From the IMG/VR virus record IMGVR_UViG_3300002220_000285: a stretch of DNA of 64,000 nucleotides; one strand, written 5' to 3'. A model generated the notes under the pieces. That model was not told where the DNA came from. It ran no database searches and worked only from the letters and a program-made list of their open reading frames with translations. The DNA comes from a virus (Duplodnaviria; Heunggongvirae; Uroviricota; Caudoviricetes). This document shows, in pieces, positions 25,574 through 35,411 of this stretch (position 1 is its first letter; each line of letters starts with the position of its first letter). A program made the translations under genes and the position numbers.

Positions 25574-26960
25574 CTCCAACTACCGACTCCCCTTCCAACC
25601 TCGGGAGCAGCAGTCCAGGTGGATCGAGGAACTGGCTCACTTGGATCGCAGCGGGTGGTACGCAGACCCTGGCTGCGGCAAGACCCTGATGAGTACCTGC
25701 GTAGCCCTATACAAGTCCTGCTTCGACCCGAACCTCTGCACCGTGGTGGTCTGTCCCCCGATCCTTATCAACCAGTGGGTTCGCTGGCTGGAGAGCATCA
25801 AGGGTATCAGTAAGGTGGTGCCCTACAAAGGCACGCCGAAGCAGCGCACAGACCTTGAGATTCGAGATGCGCAGTTCATCGTGCTCTCCAATGAAATCTT
25901 CAAGCGCGACCTGGCGAGACTTGAACGAGACCTTGCGGGGCGCCCGCTGTACGGAATCGTCGATGAGGCAGCCTCAATCAAGAATGTCGGTACGGACAAC
26001 CACAAGAAGGTGCGGGACTTCTTCAACGGTCACTGCCTGTCCCTGCTGACGGGGACGCCACTGTCGACGCCTGCGGATGCGTATGCCTACGTGAAGCTGA
26101 TCTCTCCCATGATCTACCGCAGCCAGCGACAGTTCCTGAACATCCACGTGGAGGAAGAGGACTTCTTTGGCAAGGTGACCAAGTGGCGCAACCTCGAGCT
26201 GATGCAGGAGAACCTGCTGACCAACTCGATGAGGATGCTCAAGGAGGAGGCCCTTGCTGACCTGAAGAAGCCCCTGTACGTGCCGCTGACCTACGAGCTG
26301 GAGCCTGCCCACATGGCGCTCTACCTGCGTCTGATGCAAGAGCAGATTCTGCTGACGGAGAACGGCGGCAAGATCGACGCGACCGGCCAGAACCGTCTGT
26401 ACAACGCGGCGCAGCAGATCATCTTCAACTACGATTACTTCTCCGGAGACGACACGAAGAAGTCGGCGGCGTGGGACCTTGTCCAGAACACCATCGACGA
26501 GATCGGAATCAGCCGCGGCAGTGACCGTAAGCTGATCATCTTCGGGCAGTACAAGATGACCAACAGGAAGTTGACCGCCGCGCTTCAGGAGTACGGTGCA
26601 GTGGCCGCATTCTCTGAAGTTTCCGCCACGCAGAAGGACAGGAACATCGATCGGTTCATGAATGACCCGACCTGCAAGATTCTGGTGGCGCAGCCGCGGT
26701 CGGCGGGGATGGGGCTGAACCCGCAGGAGGTCTGCAGCGACATCCTGTTCATCGAGACGCCGACTGCCCCGATGTTCTTTCACCAGGCAGTCGGCCGCAT
26801 CTACCGGGACGGGCAGAAGCACGTTCCAGTAGTGCGGATCGCCATCGCAGAAAAGACGATTCAGGTTCGACTTCACAAGCAACTGCTGGAGAACGATGAG
26901 CTGATCAATAAGGTGCAGGTTTCCTACAAGGACTTGAGGGATGCGATCTACGGAGAATGA
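25524..26960 (+). CDS. SNF2/RAD54-family (superfamily 2) DNA helicase
   Basis: DEAD-like helicase motifs (GCGKT Walker A, DEAASIKN) and C-terminal helicase-C region; 478 aa. Confidence 0.75.
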   Translation: MSALPKNLELTVMETVNSNYRLPFQPREQQSRWIEELAHLDRSGWYADPGCGKTLMSTCVALYKSCFDPNLCTVVVCPPILINQWVRWLESIKGISKVVPYKGTPKQRTDLEIRDAQFIVLSNEIFKRDLARLERDLAGRPLYGIVDEAASIKNVGTDNHKKVRDFFNGHCLSLLTGTPLSTPADAYAYVKLISPMIYRSQRQFLNIHVEEEDFFGKVTKWRNLELMQENLLTNSMRMLKEEALADLKKPLYVPLTYELEPAHMALYLRLMQEQILLTENGGKIDATGQNRLYNAAQQIIFNYDYFSGDDTKKSAAWDLVQNTIDEIGISRGSDRKLIIFGQYKMTNRKLTAALQEYGAVAAFSEVSATQKDRNIDRFMNDPTCKILVAQPRSAGMGLNPQEVCSDILFIETPTAPMFFHQAVGRIYRDGQKHVPVVRIAIAEKTIQVRLHKQLLENDELINKVQVSYKDLRDAIYGE

Positions 26961-27471
26961 AGACGAGTTCACTCGTCCGGTGTTTGTCAACGAGCAGGAC
27001 AACCTTGCCGATCTGATCTCGAGGATGCCTGAGGAGGCTCGGCAGGAGTTCCAGAAGCTCGGGCACACCTACACAACGGCGGCGTTTATCGACCGGAAGT
27101 TCCTGATCGTGCAGACAATGGGCAAGCGGGAAGGGCGTCCCCGTCCCCCTAAGATGCTCGGGATCGTCAGAATCATTGGCTTCTCCGCGACTTCTGGCGG
27201 CGGTTGCACAGCTACGGTGCAGGACGAAGCGACTGGCAAGACCTTGCAAGTGGGGCACGTGCCGACTAGACTGTTCGGGTTCCCGGTTTTCATCTCCGTC
27301 CCCATCTACCAAGGCCTCAAGTGGGAGGCCAAGGAGCTGAGGGACGGCAGCTATCGGCGCTCGCTGGTCTTTGGCCTTTGCTTCAAACAGCAGAGCGCGA
27401 TCAAGTGGCTGAATCGGGACAACGTGGCAGTCCTCACGCCAAACGAGTACCGAGACATATTTGGTACTTGA
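26941..27471 (+). CDS. hypothetical protein (176 aa)
   Basis: Overlaps helicase end by 20 nt. Confidence 0.5.
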   Translation: MRSTENEDEFTRPVFVNEQDNLADLISRMPEEARQEFQKLGHTYTTAAFIDRKFLIVQTMGKREGRPRPPKMLGIVRIIGFSATSGGGCTATVQDEATGKTLQVGHVPTRLFGFPVFISVPIYQGLKWEAKELRDGSYRRSLVFGLCFKQQSAIKWLNRDNVAVLTPNEYRDIFGT

Positions 27472-27519
27472 CACGGACTAAAACTATGCGACCCAAAACA
27501 AGAAAAATAAGGGGTCTGG

Positions 27520-30462
27520 ATGTTTTTCTACTGGCAACAAGCCGGTGGGCAGGAGCGTTGGCATAAGGCATTGGCGGAAGCCAGGCCCCAGATCATTGCT
27601 GAGCAGCAGCCACGCCTGACCACGGTCCTAGACGTATCTCGAAGTGTTGACGACTGCCCCCCGGAAGAGATCGACAAGATCAAGTACAGGGGGCCGTTTT
27701 ACGTAGACTTCGACGCCGCCGACCTGTCGCTTGCCTCAACGCAGTTTCAGAAGCTGCTTGGCAAGCTCGAGGACAACGGCGTCAACCTGCGAAGCCTCTA
27801 CCTCTACGCCACCGGAGGTAGGGGCTTTCATATCGAGGTTCCGCTCGAGGCCTTCTTCGGCAAGTCCCCAAAGGACGGAATTCTCCATCTCCCCCTGATC
27901 TACAAGGAGATGGCGTACCGCCTTGTGGTCGACACGATGGACCTTCGCATCTACAGCGCCAAACGTGGCCGGATGTGGAGGACGCCGAACGTGCAGAGGG
28001 AGAACGGCAACTACAAGGTGCCGATCTCCCTGGAGGAGGCTCAGAGCATGACGCCTGAGCTGTACGCCAAGCTCTGTACGGGGCCTCGCACCTACGTCAA
28101 TGCAGACGTCTACTATGACGTCGTGGAGCGCGGGGGCGGGGACGACATCTCAATCGTCCCGTTCCCAGAACCCGCCTCTTTCTCTCACGGTCTGGGCATT
28201 CTGTTTTTGGAGGCACAGCAGAAGGTTGCTGATGCCACCAAGAAGAAGCGTGGCGCCAAGAAAGACCGGGCAGTTATCGAGCAGTTCAAGGGGCAGTGGC
28301 CTCCCACGGTTCAGGCCCTGCTGAAAGGGGAGAAACTCTCCCCGGATGCCGGGTGGAACCAGATCGCCATGCAAATTGCGATCGTCGCTAACGCCCTTGG
28401 CAAGGACCATGAAAAGGTTGTCGAGGAAGCGCAGACGCTGATCCAATCCCATCACGGGGACTCTGCCCGCTATGGCACCCCCGCCAAGCGTGAGGCGGAA
28501 CTGCGCACACAGCTTGCCTACACACAGGACAACCCCTGCTATGTCTACGCAGCCGGTGCCATCAAGGCCCTGCTGGTCGAGGGCGAGTATGCGGCTGACC
28601 TGGCAGGCATTACGGACAAGGCTGATGTTCAGGACTATGAGGAATCCAAGGCATTAGCTGAGGAGACCGAAGGTCGGGACCACACCGGAGGTCTGCTGGT
28701 AGGAACTGCTGGCATCCGGCTGAAAGATGCGGAGGGTATTCAAACCCTCTCCGTCGTCGGGTTCGATAACGTCGTTCAGCTCACGAAGATCGATGACTTT
28801 CTGCCCGTTGGGTTCGAGGCTGACCTCTACTACCGCGGCACCCGGCGCCTGCGGACGGTAGTGACACTGGACAGCTTCAGCTCCCGCGGGAAGCTGAATC
28901 AGTTCTTTTCTTCGACGACGGCAGGGACGTTTACTGGCAGTGACATCCAGGCTGCCTATGTTCAGGAGTCGTTGGTACTTAAGGCGAAACGCAGGGAGGA
29001 TCGTATGGGCGAGGAGTACATGGTTCGCCGAGAGGGTCTGGACATCATCAAGTTTCCGGCAACCGTGGATGTTCCTGAAGTCGCTCGGACGCCCTTTCCG
29101 GTACTAGGTACGACTGTTGGGTGTGCCATGCCTAAGCGCGTCGAAGATGCAGGGATGCGGTTCAGGTTCTACGGGAACCCAAACCCGCTCGGCTTCTTCC
29201 AGACGGACGTAATGCTGGCCCCGCAGCTCGAGAATTCGGAGCGGGTGCAGGAGGTGCTGCTTGCCTTGATGGGGATGAACAAGGAGAAGACGATCGCTCC
29301 TGTTCTGGGTTGGTTCTGCGCTGCGCACGCCCGAATGTTCTACCACGCCTACAAGAAGCAATTCCCCCTGCTAGCGGTATCCGGCCAGTCAGGCTCTGGC
29401 AAGACGACGACCACCAAGGCGTTGATGCACCTGCACTTCTACAAGCAGGAGCCGAAAACGCTGCAGGCTGGAGGCTCCTCGATCTACGGCTTGACGAGTG
29501 CGATCCAGGGGTCGGCTTCCGTCCCCTGCTTCATCGATGAGTACAAGCCGCGGGAACTGCCGCCTGGCAGGACCGGGCTGCTGCTGTCGATCTTTCGTGC
29601 CTGCTATGACAACGGCACCTTTACCAAGGGCGGCGGGACGCAGGGCGTTATGGCGAATGGCAGGGAGATCACAGAGCAGAGCTACTCTGCCCCCGTGCTC
29701 TTCCTCGGAGAAGCCCCAGAGATGCAGACCGCTATCGTGGAACGCTCTATTCAGGCGACCTTCGACAAGCAGTCCCTGTACGGGCGAGAAGAGAATCTGA
29801 AGCTAGTGCAGGGGAACCTCGACGTTCTTGCTTCGGTGGGGCGTCGACTCGCTGAGCTTCTGCTCTGGGTCGACTTCGATCGCTTCTGCGAGACCTTTGA
29901 CCGGGACTACGCAGAGGTGGAATCGGTGATGAAGTCAAAGGGCAACTATCGAATCGTCTACAACTATGCGGTTGGGTTGCACGGACTGACCCTGCTTGGA
30001 GAGGTCCTACGACTTGAAGGGATCGATACGCTCGGGCGCCTTGACGATCTCCGCAAGGCCTTGCTCTCGTTCGGCGCTACGGCTGGGGAGGGATCGATGG
30101 TGGTTGCGAAGTCGGAAGCTGCGAAGGTTCTGACCGAGTTCGCCATGATGTCCCTGATTGGCGGGGAGGGCGACTCCTTCACGCTCTACGAGAACCAGGA
30201 CTACGCCTACTCCGAGGTTGGCGGGATCGATGTTCTCGAGGTGTGCCTGCCGTTCGCTTTCACCAAGTACGAGGACTTCTGCCGACGTCGAGGCAGAAGC
30301 CCGCTGTACGACAACGAGGATGCCTTCGAGCTTGCCATGCGCAACTTCGTGGCGTTCTTCGACGCTGTCCCGTCGAAGCTGACATCGCAACCCAATGTGA
30401 TGCTCTTCAGGATGGATCGCTTGCAAGAGGAACGTGTCACGCAGTTCAAGAAGAAGCGTTGA
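27520..30462 (+). CDS. bifunctional primase-polymerase (AEP family) / SF3-type helicase
   Basis: AEP motifs YVDFDAAD and TGGRGFHIEVP near N-terminus; Walker A GQSGSGKTTTTKA around residue 620; 980 aa. Confidence 0.75.
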   Translation: MFFYWQQAGGQERWHKALAEARPQIIAEQQPRLTTVLDVSRSVDDCPPEEIDKIKYRGPFYVDFDAADLSLASTQFQKLLGKLEDNGVNLRSLYLYATGGRGFHIEVPLEAFFGKSPKDGILHLPLIYKEMAYRLVVDTMDLRIYSAKRGRMWRTPNVQRENGNYKVPISLEEAQSMTPELYAKLCTGPRTYVNADVYYDVVERGGGDDISIVPFPEPASFSHGLGILFLEAQQKVADATKKKRGAKKDRAVIEQFKGQWPPTVQALLKGEKLSPDAGWNQIAMQIAIVANALGKDHEKVVEEAQTLIQSHHGDSARYGTPAKREAELRTQLAYTQDNPCYVYAAGAIKALLVEGEYAADLAGITDKADVQDYEESKALAEETEGRDHTGGLLVGTAGIRLKDAEGIQTLSVVGFDNVVQLTKIDDFLPVGFEADLYYRGTRRLRTVVTLDSFSSRGKLNQFFSSTTAGTFTGSDIQAAYVQESLVLKAKRREDRMGEEYMVRREGLDIIKFPATVDVPEVARTPFPVLGTTVGCAMPKRVEDAGMRFRFYGNPNPLGFFQTDVMLAPQLENSERVQEVLLALMGMNKEKTIAPVLGWFCAAHARMFYHAYKKQFPLLAVSGQSGSGKTTTTKALMHLHFYKQEPKTLQAGGSSIYGLTSAIQGSASVPCFIDEYKPRELPPGRTGLLLSIFRACYDNGTFTKGGGTQGVMANGREITEQSYSAPVLFLGEAPEMQTAIVERSIQATFDKQSLYGREENLKLVQGNLDVLASVGRRLAELLLWVDFDRFCETFDRDYAEVESVMKSKGNYRIVYNYAVGLHGLTLLGEVLRLEGIDTLGRLDDLRKALLSFGATAGEGSMVVAKSEAAKVLTEFAMMSLIGGEGDSFTLYENQDYAYSEVGGIDVLEVCLPFAFTKYEDFCRRRGRSPLYDNEDAFELAMRNFVAFFDAVPSKLTSQPNVMLFRMDRLQEERVTQFKKKR

Positions 30463-30487
30463 CATCTTGCAAGCACCTGTGTAGGAT
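30459..30487 (+). promoter_or_regulatory. putative sigma70-type promoter (TTGACA-17 bp-TAGGAT)
   Basis: Near-consensus -35 (30459-30464) and -10 (30482-30487) with 17-bp spacer, ~65 nt upstream of ATG at 30557. Confidence 0.5.
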
Positions 30488-30556
30488 GCGTTCTCCGGTC
30501 ACGCAAACCAAGACCGGCTCTCTGACCTAGATCAATAATCAAACCGGAGTTGAAAA

Positions 30557-31318
30557 ATGGTACTCAAAGCTCGCAATACCGCTGCCGCCGCCCCCGCCCC
30601 CGCCTTCGAGGAAGGTGAAGATGACGTTGCAGTCGCTCAGCAGGAAGCGCCTGCTGTTCAGGCCCCCGCTGACACGGCACCCGCCTCCGCTGCTGTCCCG
30701 GCTGTGAAGCCCGCCGCTGCCGGTGCTGTGGCTGTCAAGCCGAAGCCGGTCAACATGGCCGACTTCGACGTCCTCGGCCTGCTGAAGGATCGCCTGCCGC
30801 CCGTAGACTTCGGCGAAGGCGTCCGTCTGGTCGGCTCGAACGGTCAGCTCATGGACGGCGACAAGAAGCTGCTGGGTGAGTCGATCACCCTCACGATGCT
30901 GTCGTGGAACGAGCGCTGGGTTGTCAGCCCCGGCGAGAATGGCGCTGAGGCCAAGGAGCACGCCCGCTACTCGATGGACGGAGTCACCACCACGAAGGGT
31001 GAGGACGTCAACGAGTACCTCCGCGAACTGAAGGAGCTGGGCTACAACAAGGCGTCGGTCAAGGTCTACGTCGACCTGTTCGGCATCCTTGAGGAATCGG
31101 GCAAGCCGTCCGACCACGAGGGTTCCTCGATCGTCGTGAGCCTTTCGCCCGATAGCGTGAAGGCGCTCTCCGGGTTCCGTCGTGACCTTGTGGTCAAGGG
31201 CATGATGGGCCGCATCGAGCCGATCGACGTCAGCACTGGCGTTCGTCTGAAGGTGTCGACTGAGGTGAAGTCCGGTAACGGAAACACCTGGACCCGGCTG
31301 ATCTGCGATCTGGCGTAA
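30557..31318 (+). CDS. hypothetical protein with Ala/Pro-rich N-terminus (253 aa); possible ssDNA-binding/recombination protein
   Basis: Own promoter-like signal and downstream terminator; AGTTGAAAAATG start context. Confidence 0.55.
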   Translation: MVLKARNTAAAAPAPAFEEGEDDVAVAQQEAPAVQAPADTAPASAAVPAVKPAAAGAVAVKPKPVNMADFDVLGLLKDRLPPVDFGEGVRLVGSNGQLMDGDKKLLGESITLTMLSWNERWVVSPGENGAEAKEHARYSMDGVTTTKGEDVNEYLRELKELGYNKASVKVYVDLFGILEESGKPSDHEGSSIVVSLSPDSVKALSGFRRDLVVKGMMGRIEPIDVSTGVRLKVSTEVKSGNGNTWTRLICDLA

Positions 31319-31328
31319 GCGATGGATA

Positions 31329-31360
31329 GGACGGGGACAGAGATGTCCCCGTCCTTCTTT
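31329..31360 (+). terminator. rho-independent terminator (GGACGGGGACA-GAGA-TGTCCCCGTCC + TTCTTT)
   Basis: 11-bp perfect stem, 4-nt loop, T-rich tail, 11 nt after stop at 31318. Confidence 0.7.
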
Positions 31361-31436
31361 GCGCCCTTAGCTCAGCGGAGAGAGCAACGGCTTTCTAATC
31401 CGTAGGTCGCTGGTTCGATTCCAGCAGGGCGTGCCA
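31361..31436 (+). tRNA. tRNA-Arg (anticodon UCU)
   Basis: Manual cloverleaf: acceptor GCGCCCT/AGGGCGT (G1-U72 wobble), D-stem GCTC/GAGC, anticodon loop TTTCTAA, T-arm GCTGG-TTCGATT-CCAGC, encoded CCA. Confidence 0.85.
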
Positions 31437-31453
31437 AACAATAAGAACTACAC

Positions 31454-32134
31454 ATGAGCAAGCGCCGCTACCTTCTTGGGGACGTCGAGACGACCGGATT
31501 TTCCGGCACACCTGGCGTCGTAGAGATCGCCTGGTTCGAGGTCGACGAAGACCTGAACATCATCGACAAGCAATACAGCCTGATCGACCCCCAGCGCCCA
31601 ATTGATCCGGGTGCTTCTGGCGTTCATCACATCACGAATGCGATGGTTGCTGAAGCTCCTACGATCTCGGAGTTTTTCGAGTACATCTACGGTGGCAAGA
31701 TCGAGGGCGACATCGTTCTGGTGGCGCACAACTCCAAGTACGATCGAGAGTTCTTCGGCCCGTGGTGCAACAAGCTGAACCACGAAATCTGCACCTTGAA
31801 ACTTGCCCGTCGCTACCTGCCCGAGCAAGACAACCACAAGCTGCAGACCCTGCGCTACAGCCTCGGGCTGGACGCAGGTACGGCCCACTCCGCGGAAGGC
31901 GACGTCACCGCGCTGTACAACCTTCTGCGTCACCTGCTGGACCTCTCGGGCGAGACTCTTGAGAGCCTGATCACCCGCTCGTCCGAGCCTCTGTTCGTCC
32001 ACAAGATGCCCTTCGGCAAACACAAAGGTTTGCCGATTCAGGAAGTCCCGAAGGACTACCTGCAGTGGCTCTCCCGCCAGGACAACGTCGACCCTGACCT
32101 CCGATACACCCTTGACAAGGTGCTGACCAAATGA
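31454..32134 (+). CDS. DnaQ-like 3'-5' exonuclease (DEDDh family)
   Basis: Exo I DVETTG, Exo II LVAHNSKYD, Exo III HSAEGDV motifs. Confidence 0.8.
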   Translation: MSKRRYLLGDVETTGFSGTPGVVEIAWFEVDEDLNIIDKQYSLIDPQRPIDPGASGVHHITNAMVAEAPTISEFFEYIYGGKIEGDIVLVAHNSKYDREFFGPWCNKLNHEICTLKLARRYLPEQDNHKLQTLRYSLGLDAGTAHSAEGDVTALYNLLRHLLDLSGETLESLITRSSEPLFVHKMPFGKHKGLPIQEVPKDYLQWLSRQDNVDPDLRYTLDKVLTK

Positions 32135-32721
32135 ACGCTGCTACCTACTACAACAACGCACTTCGCACAGCGAACCTCTTCAACTCCGACCTCGATCGGA
32201 TGCACGCCTTCCTCGGCATGATGAGTGAAGTCGGGGAGCTTGCCGACATCCTCAAGCGCAAGATCGCCTACGGCAAGCCCATCGACGCAGTTCACTTCCT
32301 CGAGGAAGCCGGGGACGCCCTCTGGTATGTCCCTCTGCTGCTTAAGTCCTGCGACGGTGACGAGGTCCTGTTCTCCGCAATCGTGGAGGAGTGTCTGAAG
32401 CACGCACCGGACGTCGTTAATGCAGCAAATGACGAGCGTAGGGAGGTGGAGGAAAGCGATTTCGTGCTGGTCACCGGGGCTGTGGTTTCTCTCTCTGACA
32501 TCCTCTCCCAAAAGGAAAATATTGTTGACGGACTTGGGATGTTCATCCTCTCCCTGAGCGCGATGCTGGTTAGTCAGGGTCTGACTCTGGAAGACGCGAT
32601 GGAGAAGAACATCGCCAAGCTGCAGGCGCGCTACCCGGATAAGTTCACTGTTGAGGCTGCCCTGCACCGGGACCTCGAGCGTGAGCGCTCCGCACTGGAG
32701 GGGAGCAATGAAGCAGCCTGA
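32131..32721 (+). CDS. mazG: MazG-like nucleoside triphosphate pyrophosphohydrolase
   Basis: EVGELADILKRK and EEAGDALWY (E..E..E..D-like) motifs; ATGA overlap. Confidence 0.7.
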   Translation: MNAATYYNNALRTANLFNSDLDRMHAFLGMMSEVGELADILKRKIAYGKPIDAVHFLEEAGDALWYVPLLLKSCDGDEVLFSAIVEECLKHAPDVVNAANDERREVEESDFVLVTGAVVSLSDILSQKENIVDGLGMFILSLSAMLVSQGLTLEDAMEKNIAKLQARYPDKFTVEAALHRDLERERSALEGSNEAA

Positions 32722-33805
32722 CAAGCAGGATCAACTGCTGTTGGAGACCGCTGGAGCCCATCTGACGAAGATGGGCTTTTCCTATAGCGGTGCCTATCTG
32801 TCCATGTTGCAGCCTGACCTTCCCCTACCTGCCATTGGGTATTCTGGAATGCTTGGGGGTATTGATGTCGGCGCGCTTGCCGCAAGGGTCGGAAGACTCT
32901 CTCCGGAAAAGCAGGCAAAAGCGCTCGACATTTACACCGGGTGGGTCGGCAACATCCTTGAGGCAGAACGGGGAACGCGCCACAGGAGCAAGCGCCTAGA
33001 AATCTACTGGAGGCACAACGAAACCTGGACGGTGCGTAGGTTGAACACCTTGTTCGCCCCCGTAGGCTTTGGGTACTACGGAGTCTCCGCTGGGGAGGTC
33101 GCTCTTGGGTATCACGTGGCTGAGATCGTCTACTACCTGTCTCGAGCGGTGGAGGGGGTTGAGCTTCGACTGTCCGAGACCTCCTGCGTGGCAGAGGTTA
33201 TGGGCGAGCTGGTCGGCGTGGTTGACGATCAGATTCTGATGCCCGGAGGCGGGACGATTCAAAGCGCTTACCCGTTTGAGAAGTACAAATTTTTCGGGGA
33301 GTTCCGGCACGCTCTTAGCCCGCTCCCCGATCGCCCCCCGCTGTGGTCTGCAATCTCTGCATTCCTCCGCCACCACAAAGACGCGGACCCAGCGTTGATC
33401 CAGGCACTTGCCCACTGCCGCCACTACTATGCAGGGCGAGCGGACTGGGACGGGGGCCGTGTTGGGTTCACCCTTGGGCGCCCTAAGCTCCTCAAGATGG
33501 GGGAGACGAGGCCCAAGGACGGCAGGAACCAGAGGGCGGTGTCTGCAGTGGAACGCCTGACCATCGTGGAGAACGCGGTGGAGTTGTCGAACAACCTGTT
33601 CACTCCTAGCCACGTGTTTAAGGACATGCTGGTCCCAGCGGTGCTTACTACGCATGAGTTCAGGGAGAGGTTTGGCGGCTCAAGCGGCCCCACCCAGGGC
33701 AAGAGACTGCACACGAAGCGGGTACATCGCTTGCAGGTAGAGTTGGTTCACCTCAAACAAGAACTAGAACAGGAGGTACGCAATGGAAGTGAAGGTTATT
33801 GCTGA
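32708..33805 (+). CDS. hypothetical protein (365 aa) embedded in nucleotide-metabolism gene cluster
   Basis: ATG after GGAGGGGAGCA overlapping mazG end; no recognisable motif; track ORF 32651..33805 same frame. Confidence 0.55.
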   Translation: MKQPDKQDQLLLETAGAHLTKMGFSYSGAYLSMLQPDLPLPAIGYSGMLGGIDVGALAARVGRLSPEKQAKALDIYTGWVGNILEAERGTRHRSKRLEIYWRHNETWTVRRLNTLFAPVGFGYYGVSAGEVALGYHVAEIVYYLSRAVEGVELRLSETSCVAEVMGELVGVVDDQILMPGGGTIQSAYPFEKYKFFGEFRHALSPLPDRPPLWSAISAFLRHHKDADPALIQALAHCRHYYAGRADWDGGRVGFTLGRPKLLKMGETRPKDGRNQRAVSAVERLTIVENAVELSNNLFTPSHVFKDMLVPAVLTTHEFRERFGGSSGPTQGKRLHTKRVHRLQVELVHLKQELEQEVRNGSEGYC

Positions 33806-34622
33806 CAGCGTCTCCCAAAGCGGGGTACGCCTGACGACGCTGCAGCTCAAGTATTGGCGAGCGATCCATGCTGAAGTGATGACTCATCGTTGCATGAGCA
33901 GGAACGCCTCGAGCAGCCGTGCGATCCCGATCGATAAGATGATCGAGCAGGTGCGTACCAATCCGGCAGGCCCCGCCTACTGGGGGACCAACAAGCCGGG
34001 GATGCAGGCCGGGGACGAAATCGTTGGCATCGACGAGGCTAGGGAGCGGTGGCTGGCTGCTGCCAGTTCCGCTGCGTGGCAGGCGGAGCGTCTTCAGGAC
34101 CTTGGCCTTCACAAACAGGTCGTCAACCGGGTACTCGAGCCGTTCCAGTTCATCCACGTGGTCATCTCTGCGACCGATTGGGAGAACTTCTTCAATCTCA
34201 GAATCCACCCGGACGCTCAGCCTGAAATCCGGCTTCTGGCGGAAGCAATACGGGACGCAAGGGACGCTTCCACCCCCCGATTCAAGGGGCTGGACAGGGG
34301 GGATGCGATTAACTGGCACCTTCCCTACCTCCTTGATTCCGAGATGCTGGACCTTCGCAATGATCCTATCAAGCTGGCGCGGATCAGCGCGGCGCGGTGC
34401 GCGAGGGTGAGCTACCTCAAGCATGACGGACAGTCTCCGAGCATTGAGGATGACCTCGCCCTGTACGAGCGACTGGCCGGATCGGCGCCGATCCACGCCT
34501 CACCACTTGAACACCAGGCGTACCCCCTGACCAAGCGCGAGTGGAAGGGCGCCAATTTCCGAGGTTGGGGACAGTTCAGGGCAATGGTTGAAATCGAACT
34601 CCAAAACGAGTTCGACGTCTGA
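33783..34622 (+). CDS. thyX: flavin-dependent thymidylate synthase ThyX
   Basis: ThyX-type HRCMSRNASSSRAIP (RHR-X7-S) motif, 279 aa. Confidence 0.8.
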   Translation: MEVKVIADSVSQSGVRLTTLQLKYWRAIHAEVMTHRCMSRNASSSRAIPIDKMIEQVRTNPAGPAYWGTNKPGMQAGDEIVGIDEARERWLAAASSAAWQAERLQDLGLHKQVVNRVLEPFQFIHVVISATDWENFFNLRIHPDAQPEIRLLAEAIRDARDASTPRFKGLDRGDAINWHLPYLLDSEMLDLRNDPIKLARISAARCARVSYLKHDGQSPSIEDDLALYERLAGSAPIHASPLEHQAYPLTKREWKGANFRGWGQFRAMVEIELQNEFDV

Positions 34623-34624
34623 CT

Positions 34625-34897
34625 ATGCAGACTCGCCTGCACTCGATAGCGGAACAGGTGCTCAATGTAGGCACTGGCTTCGTCATCAGCCTCTTGCTCT
34701 GGGAGTTCCTCATCAAGCCTGTGTGGAACATTCAGGCTGATCTGGTGGACAACCTGCAGATCACCTCGCTCTTTACCGTGGTCTCCATCGCTCGGGGGTA
34801 CATCTTCCGGCGTCTGGCGAACCGCATCACCGTTCGACAACAAAAACAAAAAGAGAACGACCATGCCGCTACTTATCGGACTGACTGGAAGGGCTAG
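34625..34897 (+). CDS. small membrane protein (90 aa)
   Basis: Hydrophobic helix GTGFVISLLLWEFLI; starts 2 nt after thyX stop. Confidence 0.45.
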   Translation: MQTRLHSIAEQVLNVGTGFVISLLLWEFLIKPVWNIQADLVDNLQITSLFTVVSIARGYIFRRLANRITVRQQKQKENDHAATYRTDWKG

Positions 34898-35411
34898 GGT
34901 AGGCAAGGACACCGCCGCCTCCTTCCTCGCCAACGACTACCTGCTCAAGCGCTACGCCTTCGCGCAGCCCATCAAAGACGCCGCTGAGGCGATGGGGTTC
35001 GCGCGCAGCGTGTACGACAACGATGACATGAAGGAACGTGTCATTCAGGGTCTGGGCGTTTCATACCGCAGGATTCTGCAGACCCTTGGAACGGAGTGGG
35101 GCCGCTCCCTGAACCCTGACTTCTGGTTGCTCCTTGCCAAGCTCCAGTGGGAGCAAGTCAAGAGGCAGGGTGTAGGCATGGTGATCAGCGACGTTCGGTT
35201 TGCCAATGAGGCGAACTGGATTCGATCAGAAGGCGGTCTGCTCATCCACATTGACGGCCCCGTCCGCGCTGATGTCTCAGAAGCAACGATGAGGCACGCC
35301 TCGGAAAACGGGGTGGAACGCGACCTCGGCGATGTCGTGGTATCGAACATCGCCAGCCTGGACTTCCTGCAGCTTCAACTGCGCTCTGCTGTTGAGAGGT
35401 TCCGGACATGA
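34863..35411 (+). CDS. deoxynucleoside monophosphate kinase (phage dNMP kinase-like)
   Basis: Walker A GLTGRARVGKDT at N-terminus, 182 aa. Confidence 0.65.
   Translation: MPLLIGLTGRARVGKDTAASFLANDYLLKRYAFAQPIKDAAEAMGFARSVYDNDDMKERVIQGLGVSYRRILQTLGTEWGRSLNPDFWLLLAKLQWEQVKRQGVGMVISDVRFANEANWIRSEGGLLIHIDGPVRADVSEATMRHASENGVERDLGDVVVSNIASLDFLQLQLRSAVERFRT

Noticed and set aside
31361-31436. Whether the tRNA might be host DNA marking an integration site
   Set aside because: It is a complete cloverleaf with its own terminator context inside the replication module, far from int/attP. Its mechanical fit to the codon-supplement role favours a phage-encoded tRNA.
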